64,000 nucleotides of DNA from a bacterium. GTDB lineage: Bacteria > UBA8248 > JACPRG01 > G963555815. Every line of letters begins with the position of its first letter. Position 1 is the stretch's first letter. Position numbers and translations under genes: made by a program. The notes beneath the pieces were generated by a model. It made no database searches. It was not told where the DNA came from and was given only the letters and a program-made list of their open reading frames with translations. Location of the stretch: assembly GCA_965218795.1 (NCBI GenBank), contig OZ244653.1, positions 1,792,001 through 1,856,000 of the forward strand, written 5' to 3'. Below, one piece after another: positions 1 through 12,949 of this stretch.

Positions 1-97
1 ACCTCGACCCCAAGTTCATCCAAAAGCGTCTGGGACAGGATACGGGCAAACTCATTATGGACACACTGGATAAACTCCTGCGCTGAAGGATGCTATC

Positions 98-3413
<3,316 letters not shown>

Positions 3414-3500
3414 TACTGGGCCGGGATCAATGGTTCGATGATGAGGCGCGGTCGGCGAAGGCGCCCCTCGTCACTTCCGGCGCGCCGGAGAGGAGACTCG

Positions 3501-4364
3501 TTGAAAGTCAGAAAGGCCGTTTTTCCCGTAGCGGGATTAGGGACCCGCTTCCTGCCCGCCACGAAGGCATCTCCCAAAGAGATGCTCCCTCTTCTGGACA
3601 AACCGCTCATTCAATATGGCGTCGAGGAGGCCAAGTCCGCCGGAATCGACGAAGTCATCTTCGTAACCGGCCGCGGCAAGCGGGCGATCGAAGATCACTT
3701 CGACGTCACCGTCGAGTTGGAGCAAGTCCTGGAGGCGAAAGGGCAAACAAAGCTGCTCGAGGAAATCCGCGCCATCTCCAACATGGTCCAATGTGTGTAT
3801 ATCCGGCAGAAAAAAGCGCTTGGACTGGGGCATGCCATCCTTTGCGCAAAGGATCTCGTGGGGGACGAACCCTTTCTCGTCATCCTGAGCGATGACATCA
3901 TCGACGGGGCCCGCTCCGTCACGGCCCAGGCACTCGATGTGTTCAACGAACGGGGCGGAGCGGTGGTGGCCCTGGAAACCATACCGCGGGAGCGGATCGG
4001 CGCCTACGGCGTGATTGCCGGAGAGGCCGTGGGCGGCCGCGTGTGGCGGATTCAAGACTTCGTGGAGAAGCCGCCCCCAGAGGATGCCCCCTCGGAGCTG
4101 GCGGTCGTCGGCCGATACGTGCTGACCCCCCGAATCTTTGATATTCTGGGGGAAACTCAGCCGGACGGGCGCGGTGAAATTCAGCTGACCGACGGTCTTC
4201 GCGTCTTGTGCCAAAATGAGCCGGTGTTCGGCCTGGTGTTCGAAGGCAGACGATATGATGCGGGCAACGTGCTCGGATTTCTGGAGGCAACGGTTGAATT
4301 GGCTCTGAAGAGACCGGACCTGGCGGATACATTCCGGGATTATCTCAAAGGGCTCAATCCATAA
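3501..4364 (+). CDS. galU: UTP--glucose-1-phosphate uridylyltransferase
   Basis: KAVFPVAGLGTRFLPATKASPKEMLP, LGLGHA, VEKP, GEIQLTD; start moved to TTG 3501 after SD GGAGAGGAG. Confidence 0.96.
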   Translation: MKVRKAVFPVAGLGTRFLPATKASPKEMLPLLDKPLIQYGVEEAKSAGIDEVIFVTGRGKRAIEDHFDVTVELEQVLEAKGQTKLLEEIRAISNMVQCVYIRQKKALGLGHAILCAKDLVGDEPFLVILSDDIIDGARSVTAQALDVFNERGGAVVALETIPRERIGAYGVIAGEAVGGRVWRIQDFVEKPPPEDAPSELAVVGRYVLTPRIFDILGETQPDGRGEIQLTDGLRVLCQNEPVFGLVFEGRRYDAGNVLGFLEATVELALKRPDLADTFRDYLKGLNP

Positions 4365-4536
4365 ACGGGAGATGAACAGTCCGGCTCCTCGGACATAGAA
4401 GAGTATGAATGCCGATCCGGATGATCCTTTTATAAAGGTCGATTCACAGCCGCGCTCCACCGAGGCTCAACCCGCCTCTCCCACCTCCTCGGTCATCTTT
4501 TTCTCCGGCTCCGCCGGGTCCCCTTCAAACACATAA

Positions 4537-5832
4537 ATGGAAATCTCCGTCCTCCCGCGCATCCTGGCGTTTATCGTCCTTATGGCGCTCTCCGCGTTCT
4601 TCTCCAGCTCGGAGGTGGCGCTGTTCAGCCTGCGCAAATCCCGGTTGGACCAACTCAAGGCCAAAGGCGTGGCCGCTGCGGAGGTGGCCTCTTCGCTGCT
4701 CGCCCGGCCACGGCGTCTGATCATCACCATCCTGATCGGAAATGAGACGGTGAATCTGGCGGCCTCGGCGATCGTGGCTTCGCTGGTGATCCATTGGCTG
4801 GGCGAAGACTCAAAGTGGGTGGCCGTCCTGATCATGACCCCCCTGCTGATGATCTTCGGTGAGATCACGCCCAAGTCCGTCGCCCTGCGGCGGCCGGAGT
4901 GGACATCTCAGTGGGTGGCCCGTCCCCTTGCGGCGTTTGCCGTCGTGGCTACGCCCCTCCGTTGGCTCTTCCGGAATCTTTCGGAATGGATCATCCGGGG
5001 GCTGGGTGGCGGACGCCAGATGGCCGACAACATTCTCTCCGAGGACGAGTTCCGCATTCTCGTGGATATGGGCCATGAGGTCGGGGAACTGGAAGATCAG
5101 GAACGCAAGCTGATCCACAACATCTTCGAGTTCGGCGACACCCTGGTGTCGGAAATCATGATCCCCCGGCCGGACATCTTCCTTCTCTCCTATCACATGG
5201 CGCTGCCCGAGATCATCGAGGCCATTCGGGCCAACCCGCACTCCAGGATTCCCGTTTACCGAAATCAGCCCGGCAACATCACCGGCATTCTCTACACCAA
5301 GGATCTGCTCCATCTCCTTCGCGGCCGGCCGTCACCCGCAAGCGGCGTCCGTCTACCCCTCAGGGAGCCCTACTTCGTTCCTCCCAGCAAAAAGGTGAGC
5401 GACCTGTTTCACGATTTCAAGCGGAAAAAAACTCACATCGCCCTGGTCGTGGACGAATTCGGCGACCTGGCCGGCCTCGTAACGCTGGATGACGTCTTGG
5501 AAGAGGTCTTCGGCGATCTGCCCGCCCCCGCGGATTCGAACGGCTCAAGCGATATTGTGGCGCTGCCGGACGGCGGCTATTCAGTCAACGCGCGCGTACT
5601 GGTGGAGGATGCGCAGGAAGAGCTGGGACTGCGCCTTCCCGAGAGCCCCGCCGATACCCTCGGGGGATTCGTCATGGATCTTCTGGGCCGGCTCCCGAAC
5701 CCCGGAGAACGAATCGAACGCGACGGCTGCATCTTCACGGTGACCGAAATGAAGGGCCGGAGAATCCTGAGGGTGCGGATTGATGCGCCACCCGGAGGCG
5801 ACGGAAAAACCGGCGGGGAGGCCGAAGAATGA
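4537..5832 (+). CDS. CNNM/HlyC/CorC family transporter (DUF21-CBS-CorC)
   Basis: SAFFSSSEVALFS, FGEITPKS, CBS pair (HSRIPVY, VVDEFG...GLVTLDD), C-terminal CorC (DTLGG). Confidence 0.93.
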   Translation: MEISVLPRILAFIVLMALSAFFSSSEVALFSLRKSRLDQLKAKGVAAAEVASSLLARPRRLIITILIGNETVNLAASAIVASLVIHWLGEDSKWVAVLIMTPLLMIFGEITPKSVALRRPEWTSQWVARPLAAFAVVATPLRWLFRNLSEWIIRGLGGGRQMADNILSEDEFRILVDMGHEVGELEDQERKLIHNIFEFGDTLVSEIMIPRPDIFLLSYHMALPEIIEAIRANPHSRIPVYRNQPGNITGILYTKDLLHLLRGRPSPASGVRLPLREPYFVPPSKKVSDLFHDFKRKKTHIALVVDEFGDLAGLVTLDDVLEEVFGDLPAPADSNGSSDIVALPDGGYSVNARVLVEDAQEELGLRLPESPADTLGGFVMDLLGRLPNPGERIERDGCIFTVTEMKGRRILRVRIDAPPGGDGKTGGEAEE

Positions 5833-7061
5833 GCCTGGAGCTGGCCTTGGGCGTCATCGTCGTCTGCCTCGCGGCGGAATTCTTCTTCTCGGGCGCCGAA
5901 CTCGCAATGGTGGCCGCCGACCGCGTACGTCTCAAGACACGGGCGGACGCCGGAGAGCGCGGCCCCTCCCTGGCCCTGTCTCTCCTGGATACGCCCGAGC
6001 GCCTGGTCGCCACGACGCTGACGTGCCATAACCTGGCATTTGTCACCAACGTGACCGTGTCCACTTGGCTCATCCTCATTCTTGCAGGTCCCAAATACAG
6101 TGAGATTCTGACGCTGGTCGTCATGACGCCGATCCTTCTGGTCATCGGTGAAATCGTTCCCAAGAGCCTGTTCCGGGAAAAAGCCGACCAGATTGCGCCG
6201 AAAGCGGCTTATGTCGTTTGGGCCGCCTCAAAAATCTTTTCGCCGGTCGTGTATCTCGTGACGAAGATCACGGGAATCGTTCTGAAGGATGGAGAGGGCG
6301 AGCAAACGGTATCCGTGACGCGGGAAGAGCTGGCGCTGATGCTCCAAAAATCCACTGAAGGCGGCGACGTTCAGGTCGAAGAGCAAAAAATGATTCACCG
6401 TATTTTTGCGTTCCGGGACACCACCGCCCGTGAGGTGATGGTCCCGCTCGTGGAAGTGACGGAGATGCCGGAGACAGCCACCGTGGGAGATGTGGCATTG
6501 GCGATGGGGGAAAAAGCCTACTCCCGCATTCCCATTCATGGGGAGGAAACCCACAACATTCTGGGGGTGGTCCACGGTTTCGATATCCTCACCGCCCCTT
6601 CGGACGATGAGAGCATCCGGAACCATGTCAATGAAGTGTCATACGTACCCGAATCCATGCGGGCGGATGACCTGCTGCGATTGATGAGGGAGAAAAAGGA
6701 GCACCTGGCCGTGGTGGTGGACGAGTATGGCGGGAGCGTGGGGATTGTAACCCTGGAGGATCTCCTGGAAGAGATTGTCGGTGAGATCTACGACGAGCAC
6801 CAGGAAGCCCCCACCCTGTACGAACGTCTGCCGGACGGCTCTATCCGTATCGACGCCCGGATGGAAATCGACGAAATCAACGAAAACCTGGACTTCCAGC
6901 TTCCGAAGGGAAGGTTCGAGACGCTGGGCGGGTTTCTTACGGAAACGCTGGAGCGGATTCCGAAGGAAGCGGAGGTGCTCGAAACCGCCGGTCTCCGCTT
7001 CCGAATCACCGAAGCGACGGCCAAACGGGTGCTCGAGGTGGTCGTCCGCAAGCTCCCGTAG
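5829..7061 (+). CDS. CNNM/HlyC/CorC family transporter, second paralog
   Basis: FFSGAELA, GEIVPKS, YSRIPI, VVDEYG..GIVTLEDLLEEIVGEI; ATGA overlap with upstream gene. Confidence 0.93.
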   Translation: MSLELALGVIVVCLAAEFFFSGAELAMVAADRVRLKTRADAGERGPSLALSLLDTPERLVATTLTCHNLAFVTNVTVSTWLILILAGPKYSEILTLVVMTPILLVIGEIVPKSLFREKADQIAPKAAYVVWAASKIFSPVVYLVTKITGIVLKDGEGEQTVSVTREELALMLQKSTEGGDVQVEEQKMIHRIFAFRDTTAREVMVPLVEVTEMPETATVGDVALAMGEKAYSRIPIHGEETHNILGVVHGFDILTAPSDDESIRNHVNEVSYVPESMRADDLLRLMREKKEHLAVVVDEYGGSVGIVTLEDLLEEIVGEIYDEHQEAPTLYERLPDGSIRIDARMEIDEINENLDFQLPKGRFETLGGFLTETLERIPKEAEVLETAGLRFRITEATAKRVLEVVVRKLP

Positions 7062-7186
7062 GGGGGATCAATCGTCCGCCGCCTGGTTGTCGGTCGGCAT
7101 CCGATGGGCGAAGAAAATTTTCTGTGCCGTCGTGATCAAGGCTCCATTGACAGGTCCGGAGTGATGTGATTCGCCGGCCGAATCCG

Positions 7187-8137
7187 TCACCCGCATCCGT
7201 GTTCTCTCAATAATGCTTCGACCTCGTCAAGCCCCGGGATCCCCGTTCGGCCGCCGACGGCGCGACAGCTGAGCGCGGCGAATGCGTTGGAGAAATCCAG
7301 TATCCGCTGCGCGCCCCATCCCTGAATCACGCCGTAACAGACCCCCGCATGAAAGACATCTCCCGCTCCGGTCGTGTCCACGGCCTGGACTTCGAAGCCC
7401 GGGCTTTCGAAATAACGCTCGCCGTCGTAAGCGATCGCCCCTTGCCGACCCAGGGTCATTCCCACCACCTGCGGTCCCATCCCGCGGAGCGCCGCCAGCG
7501 CCTCCCGGGAGCCCCTCAGCCCCGTAAAAGCCGATGGGAATTCCTCGTTCCCGAAGGCATGGGTGCAAAGGCCGATGAGCTCGCCCGTTCCCTCCTTGAC
7601 CCGTTCGGCATCGATGACCACGGGAAGGCCCGCCTCCCGGGCCCACGCGGCCGCCTGAACCTCCGCCGGAAGATTGTGGCCGTCCACCAGCAGACATCGG
7701 CTCCGGGTCACCCATTCCTTCCGGATGTCGCCCGCTTCCAGCCGGGCCTCCCGGTCCCACACAATGGTGCGCTCGCCCGTATGGCCGTCGATCAGGACCA
7801 CGGCGCACTGGCTCCGCAACCCCGGCTTGACGACCACCGCGTCCACATTGACCCCCTGGCCCCTCAGCGATTCGACGGACATCTCGCCGATCTCATCGTC
7901 GCCAATCGCTCCCGCGTAGGCGGCCCGAAGGCCGAGGCGGGTACAGGCCACCATGGCTGTTGCCGCCTGCCCGCCTCCCTGCCGCTCGAAGGCGATCATA
8001 CCCGTTTTCGTGTTCGGGTCGGGGAAACGCGACAGCGAGCAGAGGAAATCGATTGAATTGAGGCCGATGCCGGCCACGTCGATTGGGGGATCTCGTTTCA
8101 CGAAGGTGGGGGCCTCCCCTCGCGGACCATCGCACAT
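7187..8137 (-). CDS. PfkB family carbohydrate kinase
   Basis: GGGQAATA N-terminal signature and VDTTGAGDVF C-terminal signature. Confidence 0.92.
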   Translation of the reverse strand: MCDGPRGEAPTFVKRDPPIDVAGIGLNSIDFLCSLSRFPDPNTKTGMIAFERQGGGQAATAMVACTRLGLRAAYAGAIGDDEIGEMSVESLRGQGVNVDAVVVKPGLRSQCAVVLIDGHTGERTIVWDREARLEAGDIRKEWVTRSRCLLVDGHNLPAEVQAAAWAREAGLPVVIDAERVKEGTGELIGLCTHAFGNEEFPSAFTGLRGSREALAALRGMGPQVVGMTLGRQGAIAYDGERYFESPGFEVQAVDTTGAGDVFHAGVCYGVIQGWGAQRILDFSNAFAALSCRAVGGRTGIPGLDEVEALLREHGCG

Positions 8138-8141
8138 CCGG

Positions 8142-8594
8142 TCACCGAATGGTGATGCGCCCGGTCATGCCCGCTTCCGTGTGTCCTTCGATGGCGCACC
8201 GCAAATCGAATCTTCCCGTCTGGACAGGGACGAACCACCATTCGGCCCGTTTTCCCGGGAGCACCTCAATTTCCCGAATGGCCCCTTTGACCTCCATCTG
8301 TCCGTCTTGAACCTTTCGGGTCCAAACCGCGGCGGCGAATCGCAGTGCGGTGAAATAGTGCTTCGAGGCGGAAGGGTTGATGAGAATCAACCGATAAAGC
8401 TTGCCTGTCTCGAAAGTCAGCTCGTTCGGTTTGAATACCAGATGACCCTTTTCCGTCCCCAGCCGGACCTCGATGGGGATGGGCTTCTGGCGGCTGAGGT
8501 CTCCGGCCGCCTGTAGGGCCGGTACCCACAGGGGAAAAAGGATCAGGGCGAAGAACCCAAAGAGAAACCCCTTGATTTGCGCCGCTTGCTTCAT
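8142..8594 (-). CDS. exported cupredoxin (plastocyanin/azurin-like copper-binding protein)
   Basis: signal peptide, FKPNELTF, H(YF), C-AIEG-H-TEAG-M copper-ligand motif; start reassigned to MKQAAQ. Confidence 0.85.
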   Translation of the reverse strand: MKQAAQIKGFLFGFFALILFPLWVPALQAAGDLSRQKPIPIEVRLGTEKGHLVFKPNELTFETGKLYRLILINPSASKHYFTALRFAAAVWTRKVQDGQMEVKGAIREIEVLPGKRAEWWFVPVQTGRFDLRCAIEGHTEAGMTGRITIR

Positions 8595-8991
8595 CTTTTG
8601 CTTCTCCTCTTTCTGTCGCTGATTTACAGCGTCGCCCAGCCATCCGTCATGATTCCAGGTAAAAAATCGTATCATTGGTTCGAGGCGGCGGATGATATTC
8701 CCCCATGAGCCGGGGAAGCGGTCAATCGGGGAATCCCCATACCGCCCGCAGACAAGGCATTGTCATACGGTTCTGCTCCATGATGGATATCCGGAAAATC
8801 CGCCTCGTCCTGCTGTCGGTTCTCCTTTGTCTCTTTTGCCGTCCACCCGGAATGGGAGCGTCCGGGGGTACGACGGTTCTTGGTTGGAATGGGGAAACCG
8901 TCCGGACCTGACTGTTCAACCGTAGACGCCGTGCGGGCATGCAAGCCGCCAGCCGTCTTCGGAACGGATCGGATTCAACGGACTTCACCCT

Positions 8992-9795
8992 TCACCCCTT
9001 CCGGTACAGACGGGCCGCCCACTTCGCATAGATGGACAACCCCAAGCTCAACAAGCCCGGAATCATCTTCGTCAGCATCACCATCACGGCCAGGCTGGCG
9101 GGAAGAACCACCTGCGCTCGATTGGACCGAATCGCCCGAATGGTCTTTCGACTCACTTGAGAGGCGCTCAGCACTGGCCCCTTCCGGTACTTCCCAGCTA
9201 CTTTCAAGCTGGGATGCGTATCAAAAAACGGCGTGTCGACGGTGCCGGGACAAACCGTCGTGACGCCCACCCCATACGGCGCCAGCTCGTACCGGAGGGC
9301 CCGGCTCATCGCGACCATCGCGAATTTAGAAGCGGAGTACGCGGCCAGATAGGGCGGGGCAATGAGCCCGGCGACGGATGCAAGATTGACGATGTGCCCC
9401 GACCGGCGTTTTCTCATATCCGGCGCGAACGCCAGGACGCCATGGACCGCCCCGAGGTAATTCGTCCGCGTCAGTCCTTCTATCTCCTCCGGACGATAGC
9501 CGAGCAACGGCCCTGTGAATCCGTAACCTGCATTATTGACCAACAAGTCGACGGCTCCCTCTGACAAGACCCTTTCCGCGGTCCCCCGAAACGCCTCCAG
9601 GTCCGCCACATCGCACGGAAACACCTCCGCCTCGCCGCCGGACGCGCGAATTTCCGTTCGCACATCCTCCAGTTGGTCGGCCCTGCGCGCCAATAGGACC
9701 AGCCTGGCTCCTTCGCGCGCGAGGTCCAGGGCCAACTGTCTCCCGATGCCGGAAGAGGCGCCCGTCACGACGGCCCGACACCCACGGATTTCCAT
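8992..9795 (-). CDS. SDR family NAD(P)-dependent oxidoreductase
   Basis: TGASSGIG, NNAG, YSASK catalytic motif. Confidence 0.95.
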   Translation of the reverse strand: MEIRGCRAVVTGASSGIGRQLALDLAREGARLVLLARRADQLEDVRTEIRASGGEAEVFPCDVADLEAFRGTAERVLSEGAVDLLVNNAGYGFTGPLLGYRPEEIEGLTRTNYLGAVHGVLAFAPDMRKRRSGHIVNLASVAGLIAPPYLAAYSASKFAMVAMSRALRYELAPYGVGVTTVCPGTVDTPFFDTHPSLKVAGKYRKGPVLSASQVSRKTIRAIRSNRAQVVLPASLAVMVMLTKMIPGLLSLGLSIYAKWAARLYRKG

Positions 9796-10059
9796 TCAGT
9801 GCTCCCGTTGGCTGATCCGACAAAGAACCCGCGGTCCGAGGACTCGCCTGGTGACCGCTCGGACGGATTCGAACGAACGATCACCGACGAATCACGATGC
9901 GATCCGCAAGGTGGCACAAACCGGCTGGTCGCGCAAGGACCATTCCAGCAATCAAGGGACTTCGATCGGCTCCCCCGACAGACATCTTCAGCCTGTCTTC
10001 ATTAAATCCTACGGGTTATCGGGGCTTATTCACGTGATGTTGCAAACCATCCCTGGAAT

Positions 10060-10089
10060 TTGACCTGTTTCTCGGCGGTACGGTAAGAT
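10060..10089 (+). promoter_or_regulatory. putative sigma70 promoter of LLM gene
   Basis: TTGACC-N18-TAAGAT upstream of SD AAAGGAGAG. Confidence 0.5.
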
Positions 10090-10130
10090 TCACATTTTCG
10101 TTAAATATTCGATGAAAGGAGAGACTTCTC

Positions 10131-11135
10131 ATGGTTGAGCCGGTACGGTTTGGGATCAATGTGAATACACGGGTCCCCGTGATCTTCCCCGATTCCTATG
10201 ACCTCGATCAGCTCCTGGACTTGGCAGTCCATTCGGAAAATCTGGGCTACGATTCGGTCTGGGTGGGGGACAACTACTTCTCCAAACCTCGAATGGAATC
10301 CATTACGACCCTCTCCGCGGTCGCCGCGCGGACCCAGCGCGTGTCCCTCGGCACCGCTGCGTTGATTTCACCCCTCCGGAATACGATATGGCTGGCACTC
10401 GCGTGGGCGACCCTCGACCAGATATCCAAAGGACGCACCATCCTGGGTATCTGTGTGGGCGGGGGGAGCGCCGAGGCGGGCGGTCCCGGCTTCACGGCCG
10501 AATTCGATGTGGCCCGGGTGCCCTATAAGAAAAGGGGGCGGCTTCTGGAAGGACAGATCGAGCTCCTGCGGGAACTATGGTCCGAGGGCGCGGTCGAAAG
10601 GGAGAATGAATTTCACAGCATTCCCGGCATCGACCTGGAGCCGAAGGCTTCAAAGGAAGGCGGTCCGCCCATCTGGATTTCGTCCAATCCCCAGGTGTTC
10701 GATCTGGACGCGCCGATTGTCGAGCGGATGCTTCGGCGCGTCGCCCGGCTTGCCGACGGGTGGATGAGCTGCACGGCGACCCCAGAGGAATACCGGTCGA
10801 TCTGGAACCGCGTCTTGGAATATGCCGAACAGTGCGGCCGGTCACCGGACGAACTCACGCCCTCCTACCAGGTCACGTTGAACGTGAACGAAGACCGCGC
10901 TGCGGCCATGACGGAAGCGACTGAAACGCTGAACCGGTATTACACGATGGATTACACCGACCTGACCGATGGGATATGGGGCCGCGACCCGTTCGGCACG
11001 CCGCAGGAGGTTTTGGATCGCCTCGGCGCAATGAAAGAAGCGGGCGTCCGTTATTTCATCTTTCGGTTCGCCTCGCGTCACCAGAAAGAACAGGTGGATC
11101 GGTTCACGGAATCGGTCCTGCCGGGACTGCGGTAA
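10131..11135 (+). CDS. LLM class (luciferase-like) flavin/F420-dependent oxidoreductase
   Basis: GYDSVWVGD, AVAART.RV.LGT, ATLDQISKGR.ILG, PPIW, ARLADGW. Confidence 0.92.
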   Translation: MVEPVRFGINVNTRVPVIFPDSYDLDQLLDLAVHSENLGYDSVWVGDNYFSKPRMESITTLSAVAARTQRVSLGTAALISPLRNTIWLALAWATLDQISKGRTILGICVGGGSAEAGGPGFTAEFDVARVPYKKRGRLLEGQIELLRELWSEGAVERENEFHSIPGIDLEPKASKEGGPPIWISSNPQVFDLDAPIVERMLRRVARLADGWMSCTATPEEYRSIWNRVLEYAEQCGRSPDELTPSYQVTLNVNEDRAAAMTEATETLNRYYTMDYTDLTDGIWGRDPFGTPQEVLDRLGAMKEAGVRYFIFRFASRHQKEQVDRFTESVLPGLR

Positions 11136-11174
11136 TCAAGAGGCTTTTCCGGGAAAACGATCCGGAGAATTCGA

Positions 11175-11204
11175 TTGACACCCATGAAACGACTCGGTTA
11201 AGAT
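11175..11204 (+). promoter_or_regulatory. putative sigma70 promoter of ABC permease gene
   Basis: TTGACA-N18-TAAGAT. Confidence 0.5.
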
Positions 11205-11324
11205 TCAGTCACGAAATCGTTTCAGAATATTCTCGCCGAATGACAACCGGTGAGCGAAAGGCATTTCCGGGGGGTCGGGTTCCGGGGGCGCCGTGACAAA
11301 ACCGCCCGAAAAGGGGTAGGGGTG

Positions 11325-12716
11325 ATGTTCAAGTCTCGCGCTATATGGAAATTGGGGATTGGTTCTCTCGCTCTTGTCCTCCTGCTTTGGATTCTCAAAG
11401 CAGTCAATGTATTGGCGCTCGAAGGTATTTTCTATGCCGTATTGAACCCAATTGCCGCCCTCCTCCTCATGGTTGCGGTTTACCTGCTCGCCCTGGGGGC
11501 CGGTCAGCTCTTATTCCATGGCTACAAGGCCTGGCGGCCGTTCTCCGCTCTTCTGTCCTTGGTCTGGGGATACATTCTGCTGGCTCCCTTGACCGTGGTC
11601 GCCCAGTCCCTGGGGTACCTGCCCGAGGGGACCTCCTCCCTGGTGCTTTCCGGGATGGCCTTTATCGCAGTGTGGGTGATCCTGATGTGGATCTTCAATT
11701 CCATTCTGACCAGGATCATCCCCGCTATCAATGCGGTGCTGGCTCAGGGGATCACGGCCATCTGGGGCGTTTTCCTGCTCATCTTCGCGTCCTACGCGGC
11801 GGAATCGGCGAAAATCGCACCCCCGAATACGGGGTGGTCGGTGGCGTTATTCTTTACCCTGTTCGGCGCCTGGCTGGCATTGGTTTACGGCGGCTACTTC
11901 ATCCTGGCGCGGATGGCCGCCAATGAATCCATCAAGCCCGGTGTAGACCGGATCGTCACGACGGTCTGGAGCATTATCATCCTCGTGTGCCTGTGGGAGG
12001 TCTGGGTGAATGTCGCCAAGATCCCTCAGTTCCTGGTTCCGTCTCCATCGGCCACCTGGAAGGAGATGGTGGAAAAGGCCCATCTCCTCGGCACGCATGT
12101 CAACACGACCCTACTGGAAACGATCCTGGGATATCTTCTCGGGATCATCATCGGCATCCTTTCGGCTATCCTGATCGTTTGGTACAAGTTCCTGGAGGAC
12201 GTCCTCTATCCGCTCCTGGTCATTCTTCAGGTCATTCCGAAAATTGCCATTGCGCCGCTCCTGCTGATCTGGGTCGGGTATGGGGCGACCTCGAAGGTGT
12301 TGATCGCCTTCCTCATCGGCTACTTCCCGATTGTCGTCAGCATGATCACCGGTCTTCGCTTGGTGGAGCCTGAGCTGCTGGACCTGGTCCGGTCCCTTCG
12401 GGCGACGAAATGGCAGATCCTCACCAAGATTCGCTTCCCCAACTCGTTGCCGTTCCTGTTCAACGGTCTTCAGATTTCGATCACGCTGGCCGTCATCGGG
12501 GCCATCGTCGGAGAATTCGTCGGGGGGAGCAAAGGGCTGGGCTACCTCATCATTGTTTCCAACTATGAATTGAACACGCCCCTGATGTTCACCTCACTGT
12601 TCCTGCTCTCGATCATCGGCCTGGGGCTGTTCGGATTGATCGTGCGGCTGCAGAAAGTGATGATCCCATGGGCGGAAACCGATGAAAGCGAGATGCCGGT
12701 CATGGGCGCGGGATGA
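11325..12716 (+). CDS. NitT/TauT-family ABC transporter permease with long N-terminal multi-TM extension
   Basis: C-terminal LVPSP, IPKIAIAPL, EAA-like RSLRATKWQ..KIRFP, AIVGEFVG..GLG; about 210 extra hydrophobic residues at N-terminus; ATG 11325 chosen. Confidence 0.88.
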   Translation: MFKSRAIWKLGIGSLALVLLLWILKAVNVLALEGIFYAVLNPIAALLLMVAVYLLALGAGQLLFHGYKAWRPFSALLSLVWGYILLAPLTVVAQSLGYLPEGTSSLVLSGMAFIAVWVILMWIFNSILTRIIPAINAVLAQGITAIWGVFLLIFASYAAESAKIAPPNTGWSVALFFTLFGAWLALVYGGYFILARMAANESIKPGVDRIVTTVWSIIILVCLWEVWVNVAKIPQFLVPSPSATWKEMVEKAHLLGTHVNTTLLETILGYLLGIIIGILSAILIVWYKFLEDVLYPLLVILQVIPKIAIAPLLLIWVGYGATSKVLIAFLIGYFPIVVSMITGLRLVEPELLDLVRSLRATKWQILTKIRFPNSLPFLFNGLQISITLAVIGAIVGEFVGGSKGLGYLIIVSNYELNTPLMFTSLFLLSIIGLGLFGLIVRLQKVMIPWAETDESEMPVMGAG

Positions 12717-12738
12717 TTCACCTCCCGATCTGACTCTC

Positions 12739-12778
12739 CCCGGGGTGAAGCGGAGCACGTTTCGCCCCGGGTTTTTTT
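12739..12778 (+). terminator. Rho-independent terminator after permease
   Basis: CCGGGGTGAAGCG/CGTTTCGCCCCGG stem followed by T7. Confidence 0.75.
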
Positions 12779-12949
12779 GGCCGATGGACAGCCCCGTTCC
12801 GAGCGATTTGACCGCCTGAACCTGCCTTGACTTGACATCCGGACAATGGGAAAATTCGATTTTCCCGAAGGATCCCGACGAGACTTGTATGGTGTTTCGT
12901 CTCGCCAGGCGGGGCTGAAAACCGTTCACATATCATGGGAACCCAATGA

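Noticed and set aside
4537-7061. Tandem CNNM/CorC pair as a novelty
   Set aside because: Paired DUF21-CBS genes are a common arrangement in many bacteria.
8780-8911. Short ORF MMDIRKIRLVLLSVLLCLFC... resembling a signal peptide
   Set aside because: Probably a 5' remnant of an exported-protein gene; too short to support as a feature.
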